Source: Schmidtea polychroa (lineage: Eukaryota). Taken from it: 64,000 nucleotides of DNA. The stretch's first letter is position 1, and the number at the start of each line of letters is the position of its first letter. The DNA is taken from positions 120,878,397 to 120,942,396 of the forward strand of contig CM097887.1 of NCBI GenBank assembly GCA_044892525.1, given 5' to 3'. The notes beneath the pieces were generated by a model that saw only the letters and a list, made by a program, of their open reading frames with translations, had not been told where the DNA came from and did no database searches. Positions 50,226 to 60,796 of this stretch are shown here, piece after piece. Both the position numbers and the translations under genes were made by a program.

Positions 50226-53078
50226 CTAATATAACAATTTAATTTAAATAACTAAGTAATTTGAGAGATTAAGAAAAGGAAATACGAGAACTCGAAATTC
50301 AAGTTTACAATTATAAATAGTTTGAACACTTGTAAATCGAGAGATAAAATTTTAAAAATGAAATTAGAACTAATTTCAACTAGATATAATCTTATCGATT
50401 TTTGGACTAAAATATAGTAATGGTTCGTTTTAAGTCAATTTTATCGTTCATTTGAAATTTTCAGAAAAAATCAGATCTGTAAATAAAACTAGAAATAAAG
50501 GTATTAACATTTTCACTAACTGTTGAAAATTAAATCAAATCAATTTTTTAATTAAAGCGTTAAAATATTAGTATTGTTTGGATACTTTGGTAACCTTAAA
50601 TTGTTGAGAAGAGCTTTAGATACTGTCGCGGCAAAAGTTTTTGAATTCCTCGTCTTCATCCAATCACTTATACCGGTCTGAAAGTGCATATTAGGGCCAG
50701 CCTTGGTGCTTAGAAGTATTTTAGGACGATTTGTATAACCTATCTGTTAATGTTTTAGCTATTGTTTCATAATCATCACAAGCTTTTTTTTATAATAAAT
50801 CTTAGTTAATTTGATTACTTATTTGTTTAATAATATAATACACACAGCACCTCTAACCGCAAAATCTTTTGGATTCAGGTATTGAAATTCTGTTAGTCAC
50901 GTCCCCGCTATATGACCTAACATAAAAGTGGAAGAAAACTCCAGGGAATTATTCTTTAGAAAGTTGTCAAATCCTGCATATGAACTAGTTGAAAGGCAAG
51001 AAGAATTTTGAAAATTTACGACTTGAAATAAAAGGCCAGAGACAGACAATAATATAAATGCTATTTGTTATAGTTAGAGTTAGGTTAAGATAATTAACGT
51101 AGAAGTTATTTAAATTTAAAAATATTAATTAAATATATTATTATTTTTGGAAAAATGTGTAATTACGGTTTTCGGAAACATAATATTTTATAAGAGAAAA
51201 ATACATAATTTTAGTAATTGATAATTATTAAATATAGTCATTTATTAGAATATTTCATACAAATAAGGTCAGACAACCTTACCAAGAGATACCAAAATTA
51301 TACGAAAGCGAATATCTTTATTATTCAAATATACGTCCAAGTATACGTCTCAATGTTCACAAACAATATAAATAATCAAATCGCTAAAACTAGTTCAAAG
51401 AAGAGAAGTCTTGGAATTTGTTATCATTAATTAATTAGTGACATTTTTAATCATCTAAATTTGTGAAGCTTATCGTCAAAATTCGCGAAATTTATTACTA
51501 TTGAATAAGCTATGGATAATTATTTGGAACTCAAATTTGAAGTAACTAAGATATTAGCATTTGAGTTATTGCTAATTTACTTAAATTAATATGTTGTGTA
51601 AATTCGCCAATAAATTCATAATACAATTTTATATTGGTTCCTTGTTTGATGTAAAATCTGAGGGTATTTTAGGTTAACGTATCTCTGGCTTGATATGATC
51701 GCACTAATTTTGCGTTGTGAACTTTTTCCTTGATAAGACACCTTACATGGAGCTGTTGATTAAATATTACTACCAGATTTCATAACCTAGCAATATATTG
51801 GGGTGGTCTGTCTAACCGATCTTTTATTCCACAGGAAAGTCAGCGAGACAATTTTCTGGCTCACATAATTTGGTTTTAGCTATAATTTAAGAATTTTGGA
51901 GTTCACATGTAGCCCGATTAAGGATGAGGAGGTTAATAAAACATTGTAAACTGTGTTAATTATTTATTAATATACGTATTTTTTATTTGTGATATCTTTT
52001 GAAGACAGGTATTTGTTTCATAAAGATCGATGTCAATTGTGTCAATTAATCCCCATAATAAAACTTTCAGTTATAAAAAGGTACGTGCTGAATTAACGAG
52101 ACCTTCCTGAAATTGTTCATCAACTGATCAGGTGCTCAGAATGACACACTGAGCACCCGCAAGGAAATACAGCAGAAACTCAGAAGAGTGGAATTCTACT
52201 TGAGTAAAATAAAAGGATTTATATAGTCGATCAAAACTACGACAAAAAACAATAAAACACAACTACAAAACAAAAAACAGCTACGAAACAACGAAAAACC
52301 ACGAGAACTAACCGAAAGGCGGAACGAAAACTAACTAACTATAGGATAAACAAACCCCACTCTCGAAATTAAAGAAAAAGAAGCAGGAACAGTAACACAG
52401 CAGCTGCAAACCAAAGAGAAAACCATCTAAGCAAACATCTACAGAGTAAAATCTCAAAAGAAGATAGAATTCTGAAAAAAGGAAATGAGAAGATGTCACA
52501 ACAACCGATTCAGAAAATCAATTTGAACATATCAGCAGGAAGAACGAGAAATAAACGAACGAATACTGAAAGTAATTATCGAAAAATCAAATCAGTCAAC
52601 AGAAATCAAAAGTAAAATTCCGCCATTTTTTGTCAATAAATATGTTGAGATTAAATTAATTGTGCTTGTTTCGAAGCCAATAAATATTTACTTTTTAATC
52701 GATTATTTTAGGAGATTATCGCATTTTATTTCAAAAATTATTGCATTTTAGGAAGGTAGGATAATTATGTCACGGATTGAAGGCTCAATCGTTCAAAGAC
52801 TCCAACTTTTTGTTTTTAATTAATTAAATGAATTTAACAATATTCCACTTCTATGTAGGTTATGCGATAATAATATGGCTAATGTTAGATGCGATATGAT
52901 TTGAATGCGATGTTCGGAAAGAATGATGAAAAGAGATCGAAAATGTTGTTGAGCCGACAAAGGGGTCTAGTCAATTGTAAACTAATCACGATTTCGTAAG
53001 ATCAATAGTTATATAATAGGAATAACTTTAATATAATTTGTTATATAATTTAATATAAATTACGGATATAGAATTAAT

Positions 53079-53575
53079 GGGCCTTGGGTTGTTGGTCTTG
53101 TGGAAGAAGATACCGATTATGTTTTGATGTTTTATGTCGAAAAGAGGAATTCGGATACTCTAATTCTGATCATTCTGAATAATGTTGAATTTGGCACGGT
53201 TATAGTTTCAGATGGTTAGGCAGCTTATCGCAGTATTTGCAGTTTTGGATTTGAATATGAAGTAGTGATTCATGAAGAAAATTTCGTTGATCCCATAACT
53301 GGAGCCAACACACAAAGAATTTAGTGAGTGGGGACATGCCAAATTGCTTATCTTGAAGTTGAAAAGGGGAACTACATTGGAACTCTTGCAATCCCATCTT
53401 GATGAATACTGTTTTAGGAAAGAATTTAAGGAAAAAATATTTATCGAATGGCTGAAAAGATGTAATAATATTTAATTTATGAATATTATTAAATTTATAG
53501 GTAATTTTTTTGTTTAAGTATTATGTCTTTGAAATGAACGTTAATAGGGGGGGGGGCCTGAAAGCTAGTAGTGCC
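53079..53575 (+). mobile_element. Merlin (IS1595/ISXO2-like) transposase 3' relic with right TIR
   Basis: WVVGLVE..VEKRNSDTL..IVSDG*AAY..VIHEENFVDPITGANTQRI..LQSHLDEYCFR; TIR-like CTGAAAGCTAGTAGTGCC. Confidence 0.82.
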
Positions 53576-55564
53576 CAAAAATATTGGCAACTTTATTTAT
53601 ACATTATGGTTAATTAATTAAAAACAATAAAAATTATCGATTCAAAAATGTATGTAAAATTAAACTTTACTTTTGAGTATAGGTGCCGTAAAAAAGAACC
53701 AATTTATCACGATAAAAATGTCACTGCTTCGAAATATTCTTGGTTTTTAATGCTAAATTTTCAATTGATCGAGTCATGTTAATAACTTATTTGTTTTTTG
53801 TTTGAATAACTAATTATGAAGTTATTATTCGAGAAACATCAATTCCAGGAAAAACAACATCAATTCGGAAGCCCAATTATTTAAATAAAAATCAACAGTT
53901 ACATAATTTATCATATATTATAAATAATCAAATCTTACTTTAAACGGAATTTTATTTGTAGTTTATCAACTTTAAACTTGAAATGCAATTAATTTCTATT
54001 CACGAGATATATGGTCATTATTAATAATAATGCAAATTGGTTTAGATATTCAAATTACATAACTAAAGAATAATAATTCTCAAAAAATAACACCAGTTCA
54101 AGTTTTTTTTCCAAAATTAGTCAAAATAAAATTAGAACTTAATATAACTTTCAATTAATATATAAAACACAAAATAGAAATTTCTTACATAATGCTTAAA
54201 TTTTAGTACACTTGTATAAAAACTAATTAAAAAGTAGATATGAAAATAACAAAATTAACGAATTTTAGTTCAGATAACTTAATATAACAATATAAATATT
54301 GATCAAGGCTTTAAAAAAATTGTATTAAATCAAGTAATTGAAATTACCTTAAACAACAAATCATTGAAATCATTATATAAACAAGTACTGTTTTTTAAGA
54401 AAGGAGTGTTATTTACTTAAACAATTTACATATTTCGACAATTTTTAATTTTTAGTGTAAACGAAGATGTGAAATTTTTTATTTAGTAACAAATTCAAGA
54501 TTATAGCTGTTTATATAACAAAAATTTTATAATGTAAATCATTAATTAATTTTATAATAAATAAGATTCAACACATACAGTCATATAGTTTGAGTTCCTT
54601 AAGCCTTTCAATCCTTTAGGAACATATTGTCCCAGAAAATTTCAGATATATACCTTAATGTAATAGATGATTGCAATTGTGTTGGGATGTGTAATTTCAG
54701 CACTGTGTAATCATAGGTACCTAGACAATTCTATTCATGCAATTCTATTTTGAAAAATTCGTATTGAAAAGGTCAAGTAAGGTTACAAATATATATATAT
54801 TAGATAAAGAAGATATGATACTTGTACAATTTTTACTATTTTTTTTTATATATTTTTGTTTTACATTGCTTAAACATATTCTAGCAAATTCTATATTCAT
54901 TAGAATATCAATAAGTTGAAATCAGTCATATTTGTGATTCTGAACCATTTTTTTGCATTATGGTACACTTTTATCAATTTAAAAATTTGGCAGCACTTTG
55001 ACAATCGAAATAATATTAAAGAATTTTCCTTGATCAATGGATTGATGTACCTCTTGTTGAGCTAGAAGAAAATTTCTTTTATCATTTGTTTAACTCTTCT
55101 TTTTGAGAATGTTTTTTTTGTTTTATTTAGTAAAAATTATTGAAAATGAAAAGCCGGCTAAGAGTAGAAACATAACAAATAAAAAGCATGAATTTAATTA
55201 AAATAATAATAAAAGCACCAAATAAAACAAAATAAAAATGTAACAAGAGGAAAATTTAATAAAAATAAATATAATAAAATAAGAAGGTCACAAGATGTTG
55301 CACATGAAACATAATTAGAGCAGTAAACCAAAGTAATCGCTAAAAAGAGACATAAAGCACAAAAAACGCTTTTAAATAAAGATGGTGTACGAAAGCGATT
55401 GACCAAACAATCGGGATCGAGTAATTAAAATATAATAAAAATTAAAATTAATTAAATAAATGTAAAAATAACTTAAACCAATTAAAATGATTCAATTAAA
55501 AAATGAAATACCTAAGTTAAATACAATAAAAATTACATACAGGTTGATCTTGGTTGGTTGGTTC

Positions 55565-56611
55565 TGTTGGATGACAGAGGAAGAAGAATCGAAGAGTTTG
55601 AACTAACACATTACTATAGAACGGGCAGCAACAAGTTCAGAATCAATATATACGTAGAGCCCAGATAACTCAAGCCGGACAAATCAAAACAATTATCATT
55701 ACAATTTGATTACTGACTTATGTACATTAGTTATTTATCGGACTATTATTTTATGACAATTATTATTACGGTGTTTTATATTATTTTATCAATGTATCTT
55801 ATTTATTTTATGGATTTTATGTTTGATATTTCATGTAAATAAAACATAGTATGGGGATTAATTAAATAATTAATATCAGTATAGCTACAAAATACATAAT
55901 ATTGAAAATAATAAAAATATAAGTGGACACTTTAAATAATTGAAAAACATATGTTTTAAAATCATAGGAGCATGAGTGGTTCTCGAGTCGTGGGAACATA
56001 ATAATAATTAATAGCAATAATAATAATTTTAGTAATAATAATAATTTTAATTTTTTTATCACAAATTTTTAGCAATCATAAATAATTTTAATATTTTAAT
56101 TTTTAGCAATCATAAATAATTTTAATATTTTATCACATAACAATAATCAATTTTGTAGCAATTATTTAATAAGCATGTATATAAAAATATATTAATTTCT
56201 TAATTATATTTCACTTCTTAAGTACACTTGAAAAATATAACAATTTAATTTCATATACAAAAAAAGTATAAATAGCGAGTCAAAATTCATTTTTTTCGCC
56301 CCAAAATTTTAACCGCGTTAACATACTAAAAAGGTTAATCCTTATTAGTGCTAAAACTCGAACAGACAAACAGAAACGTTCAAAAGCCTACACGCAACAC
56401 AGCAAGAGAATACATAACATTCACACAGTACATACAAGCATATTCGGTTGGATATTTGAAGGATTTTTGGATTTTTGTAACCTAGCAACAAATTCATATT
56501 GGTAAATTTTTCTTTATAATAAAAGTTTTATAAATCACTTTGTCTTTTGATATATTTGTACATATATAAGAACCAGTAAGTTGAGTGTTCCCGAATATCG
56601 AGACCTCAACA
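55565..56611 (+). repeat. 5' LTR of element B
   Basis: No differences from 60693-61739 seen by eye; identical 66-aa shadow ORFs offset by 5,128 nt. Confidence 0.97.
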
Positions 56612-56613
56612 TT

Positions 56614-56631
56614 TGGTGCCGCGAACCGGGA
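56614..56631 (+). promoter_or_regulatory. Primer binding site TGGTGCCGCGAACCGGGA
   Basis: Starts with TGG 2 nt after the LTR; resembles the complement of tRNA-Phe 3' ends (TGGTGCCGAAACCCGGGA), less so tRNA-His. Confidence 0.85.
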
Positions 56632-56850
56632 CTTTAAAATCAATTATTGTTATTCACAATTTGGGGGATAGGAATTGAGATCAGAGGGTATAGTATTTTA
56701 TATTGGGAAAATATATTTATAAAAATAATATCATTGATCAATTTTTAAATAAATAAATTCAGTTTTGAAAATTATTAAATAATTCAAAAAGATAAAATAG
56801 ATAATCAACCCTAAATAGTTTATAATCTCAGAAATAGAATAGTCTATAGG

Positions 56851-59247
56851 ATGAATAATAATAATAATAATTGCATAAAAATTTTACCAGTAGAACCATA
56901 TAGAGGAGAGCCTGAAAAGTGCGACGATTTTTTCACTGAGATCGCTCAGTATACAGAAGCTTGTGGTTGGACACCTGATGAATTAAAAATGAGAATCCCA
57001 TTATACTTAAAAGGTTATGCGTTACAGGCATACAATAACTTAGAATGTAAAGGGAATAATTTTGATCAACTCGTAAGATATCTGAGAGCAGAAATAGTAA
57101 TCGATAGCGATTTACAAAAGATAAATGTTCAAAAATTTAGAAACAGATATCAAGGAACTAGAGAATCAGTTGGTGAATATGTATATACAATTACGGAATT
57201 AGCGAAAAAGGCATTTGGTGCAGGCGAGCACACACCAAAGTTAATTGAGGATCAGTTTTGGAACGGTATACAAAAATATTTATATAAAGCATTAATTATG
57301 GTAGAATATGGTAATTTAAATGAATTAGTTCATAAAGCTAAACGTATAGAAGCAATACAACGAGATAGATTTAGCTCACATGTAGATGCAATGGAAATCC
57401 AAAAACCCATCGAGGTAAAATCTGAGTTGGGTAAGTCAGATGACAACATTCCATGGGAGGAGATGAAGCAACTATATTTAAACTTTGTAAAAAATAGACG
57501 AAGGGTAAGCCCGAGTCCGGATAGAAGTCAATCGCCTGAAAACAGGAGGAGATTTGATAATGTGAGAAACAGAAACTTTGAGAATAGAAACAATAGAAAC
57601 ACTTTTGATAGAGATAATCGATACGAATACAATAGAAATAATTATACGAGAGATAATCGAGTCGATTTTAATAGAAATAATTTGAGAAATAATAAATATG
57701 ATAGAAGTAATAGATATGATAATAGAGATAATACAAATGATTTGAGACGTAGACAGACAAGTCCATATAGACAGAATTCATATAGAGAAAGGCGAGGAAG
57801 CCCTTATAATAATGATGGTAGAGATAAAGTAAATTTTAATGGACAAATCAAATGTTATAATTGCCAAAAATATGGTCACTTAGCTAAATTATGTAACAAT
57901 GCGCGAAGCGAATCGCCTAATAGAGTGAGATTTAAAAATGAACCTGAGATAAAACAAATTAATAGTGCTGAGTTGATATCAGCTAATGAGGAAATAAACA
58001 GTTTGAGAGAGGAATTAAAAGAATTTAAAACTCAATATGGGAGACTTATTGAGAGAAAGTTAGAAATGTCATTAAATGAGTTTCAGTGTTTTACTAATAA
58101 TGTAGATATAGATAATGATGAGTTTCGCGAAGCAAGAGAAGCGGATGAGAAATTTCTTGCAGAAGCAAATAGATGTAAAGAATTAAAAGAGGAATTGAAA
58201 GAGACATTAGAGAAATGGCCTTATGATGACAATGAGACATTGCGTATAATAAATAGAGTTCAAGTCGAAGGAATTGACTTAGAATATTTGAGAAATTTGA
58301 TACCACTAATGGTAAAGAGGCAAAATATGACAAGAGTATTTGAACTAGAAATAGAATTGAAAGAAATGATAAAGTGTTATGGTGAATTTGTGAGAAAAAA
58401 TCAGAAATTACATGAGTCATTGAATATAACTATTGAGGCAAAGGACCTTTCGAGAATACTTATGCGTAGTACAGGGGTACATGTTTGCACAAAAGTGAAT
58501 AAAGTGAAACAGATGGCCAGAGCAAATTGGCCCGAGAAATTGGGAGATAATGATAAAGTGAAACTGTATTTTAACGGCGTAGAAATGATGAATAATGAAT
58601 ATATAATTGACTATGGAGTAAACGTCATTGATAACAATATTATTTCTGCAGTAATAGAAAGGCAAGAAAGTAAAGAAATTGATACACCAACTCCATCAGT
58701 AGAATTGAGTATAAATGACGAAAATGACTATGATAAATTATTTAGATTGTGGGATGCTTCTTCAGGAGGAGCAATGAGGTCACCAACAGTTAGCGATGAA
58801 ATCTTTAAACCTATTGATACTAAATATGATAATTTACATGAGACAATAGAAAAAATTGCGAAACAAGCAAATATGCAGGACGCAGAGACGATGAGACGAG
58901 GTAGAGGAAGGCCTCGAAAATCGGAAATAGTCGAAAAGTCAGATGACAGAAAGGCAGCAGAGCGTCTAAGAGATATTGCAAATAATATGAGACAGGAAGT
59001 CCCAAAAATTCAGGATAATGACAAAGATATAAAGATGATAACAGAGTTAGTTAAAGCAATGAATATGAGACGATTTCCGGAAGCAAAACCATCAGCGTTA
59101 ATAGAAAATATAGTTAAAAAGATTAAATTAATGGAAAAAGAGATTAGAGAATTGAGTGCAGAGGAAGCAAATGAAGAGACAGTGTTAAAGATATTATTTA
59201 CAACAGGAGTTAATCGAGATAAAGTGATTACGCAATGGCATATTTAA
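56851..59247 (+). CDS. Gag (capsid plus CCHC) extended by helical, ubiquitin-like and AT-hook regions
   Basis: PYRGEPEKCDDFF..GWT..IPLYLKGYA capsid; CYNCQKYGHLAKLC at 57853-57894; KLYFNGVEMMNNEYIIDYGV Ubl signature; RRGRGRPRK. Confidence 0.9.
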   Translation: MNNNNNNCIKILPVEPYRGEPEKCDDFFTEIAQYTEACGWTPDELKMRIPLYLKGYALQAYNNLECKGNNFDQLVRYLRAEIVIDSDLQKINVQKFRNRYQGTRESVGEYVYTITELAKKAFGAGEHTPKLIEDQFWNGIQKYLYKALIMVEYGNLNELVHKAKRIEAIQRDRFSSHVDAMEIQKPIEVKSELGKSDDNIPWEEMKQLYLNFVKNRRRVSPSPDRSQSPENRRRFDNVRNRNFENRNNRNTFDRDNRYEYNRNNYTRDNRVDFNRNNLRNNKYDRSNRYDNRDNTNDLRRRQTSPYRQNSYRERRGSPYNNDGRDKVNFNGQIKCYNCQKYGHLAKLCNNARSESPNRVRFKNEPEIKQINSAELISANEEINSLREELKEFKTQYGRLIERKLEMSLNEFQCFTNNVDIDNDEFREAREADEKFLAEANRCKELKEELKETLEKWPYDDNETLRIINRVQVEGIDLEYLRNLIPLMVKRQNMTRVFELEIELKEMIKCYGEFVRKNQKLHESLNITIEAKDLSRILMRSTGVHVCTKVNKVKQMARANWPEKLGDNDKVKLYFNGVEMMNNEYIIDYGVNVIDNNIISAVIERQESKEIDTPTPSVELSINDENDYDKLFRLWDASSGGAMRSPTVSDEIFKPIDTKYDNLHETIEKIAKQANMQDAETMRRGRGRPRKSEIVEKSDDRKAAERLRDIANNMRQEVPKIQDNDKDIKMITELVKAMNMRRFPEAKPSALIENIVKKIKLMEKEIRELSAEEANEETVLKILFTTGVNRDKVITQWHI

Positions 59248-59630
59248 TAGCAAGATACAAGAAACTTTTGCGATTGAATCCAAAGAATCAAATAGAAAAT
59301 ATCGCTAAAATGATATATAATAAATTAAAGATAGATGCTATGCCATGGATAAAATTAAAGGGAGGATGGAAAATACTGTATGATGAGAGTCTAATCGAAA
59401 GTGCTCAGGAAAGCGTAGAAGATAATATTAATGTAGAAATAGATGATACGGAGGAAACAGTAAAAAATCTAGTAAATAAAACAACTATGAAACCAAGTCA
59501 AAAAGAAAGAAAGTCGACAATGTCAATAGTAATTATAGTAATAACATTGTTATTAGATCTGATAAAAGGGCAATCATGTTCGTCGATGTCAAAGAAGTAT
59601 GCGACATCAATAACAATCTCAGACCAGTAG
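59235..59630 (+). CDS. Element B ORF2 (possibly the frameshifted tail of ORF1), ending in a hydrophobic signal-like segment
   Basis: 13-nt overlap with ORF1; MSIVIIVITLLLDLIKGQ. Confidence 0.5.
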   Translation: MAYLIARYKKLLRLNPKNQIENIAKMIYNKLKIDAMPWIKLKGGWKILYDESLIESAQESVEDNINVEIDDTEETVKNLVNKTTMKPSQKERKSTMSIVIIVITLLLDLIKGQSCSSMSKKYATSITISDQ

Positions 59631-60796
59631 AGATATGCATCAGAAATTTTAGAGGAGAAATCGTATACAATAAAAAGGTGACTCCACGCACCAAAATCCA
59701 ACATTATTACCCGGAGAAGACAAGAGCAGACAGAGATTCGATAAGAGGAAACGAAGACGAATACCAAGCGCTGATCGACATACAGAAGCTGCTACTCGGA
59801 AAAATCATTGTGGGATACGAAATAATAAAGAAACTCAAGACGCTGACATTAGATCTGTACAATGTCATGGGAGTCAGAGAGTTAGCTGATGATGTGTTCA
59901 TGTGTTCATTCGTCAAAAATGTAGCACCACACAGAATCAAATTATCGAATCTCGCATACAAAGTAATCGCAACACACCCAAAATGGAAGAAAGACAAAGC
60001 AATCAACAACATCCTCAAAAAACCCGAACCGTTCTCAGCAGAAGATACAACACTAATCGCAAAAGTCATCTACCTTTTGGTCGAGAAGCAGTGGGAAGAA
60101 GTCATAAGGTGGGACATGACAGCATTCCAAAAGGATAATGGCCATCAACTCAGTCCAATAGAAGAAAACAGCGATGAGCCAGAGGAATTTGAGGAAGATA
60201 TATATATCGAACCCTCACAAAGAGAATTGAAATTCAATAAAGATGGGAGCAGATGTACCTTTGAAGATGAACTAATAGACAGCGATGATGACATCATATT
60301 CGTCAAAGAGGACAAAAAACCACAAGCAATCACAATAAAGGAAGAACCTCAGACATCAAGTAGTTACAACTATGCCGACCCACAATGTGATTTAGACTCG
60401 GATGAAGAATATTTCTCACCGAGCGAAGCAATGCAGATAGATGACGAACTAGGACCAGAGCCAAATGTCGAGTTGGAGGAGCCAATGTTCATCATCAAAG
60501 AGGGAAGATCCACTATCTCGGAAAAAGAAATACATCAACACTTCGGTAGACGAATTATTGATGGTGATGTGTTAAAATTGGCATTAAAGAAAGGATTCCA
60601 AAGAGCAACAATGTATATAAACGGTTGCGAAATCGAATTGGTCCTTAGCGATAAAGGTAATGAGGACATTACTTTATCGGCCCTAGGAGGAGTGTTGGAT
60701 GACAGAGGAAGAAGAATCGAAGAGTTTGAACTAACACATTACTATAGAACGGGCAGCAACAAGTTCAGAATCAATATATACGTAGAGCCCAGATAA
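59576..60796 (+). CDS. Element B ORF3: REX4/ISG20-like DEDDh exonuclease fold (catalytically degenerate) with acidic tail; ends inside the 3' LTR
   Basis: MFVDVKEV, VEICIRNFRGEIVYNKKVTP, IQKLLLGKIIVGYEIIKKLKTL, VRELAD, KLSNLAYKVI and PFSAEDTTLIAKVIYLLVEKQWE are colinear with the REX4 motifs. Confidence 0.8.
   Translation: MFVDVKEVCDINNNLRPVEICIRNFRGEIVYNKKVTPRTKIQHYYPEKTRADRDSIRGNEDEYQALIDIQKLLLGKIIVGYEIIKKLKTLTLDLYNVMGVRELADDVFMCSFVKNVAPHRIKLSNLAYKVIATHPKWKKDKAINNILKKPEPFSAEDTTLIAKVIYLLVEKQWEEVIRWDMTAFQKDNGHQLSPIEENSDEPEEFEEDIYIEPSQRELKFNKDGSRCTFEDELIDSDDDIIFVKEDKKPQAITIKEEPQTSSSYNYADPQCDLDSDEEYFSPSEAMQIDDELGPEPNVELEEPMFIIKEGRSTISEKEIHQHFGRRIIDGDVLKLALKKGFQRATMYINGCEIELVLSDKGNEDITLSALGGVLDDRGRRIEEFELTHYYRTGSNKFRINIYVEPR
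60685..60692 (+). promoter_or_regulatory. Polypurine tract AGGAGGAG
   Basis: Directly abuts the TG of the 3' LTR; short, and lies inside ORF3 (LGGV). Confidence 0.7.

Noticed and set aside
52100-52165. CTGATCA, 9-bp hairpin GGTGCTCAG/CTGAGCACC, CGCAA as a type III hammerhead
   Set aside because: The hairpin is real, but the core deviates at several invariant positions (CUGAUCA, GCAA, extra C, G at the cleavage site).
55862-56062. Identical 66-aa minus-strand ORFs in both element B LTRs
   Set aside because: Low-complexity shadow ORFs; useful only as evidence of LTR identity.
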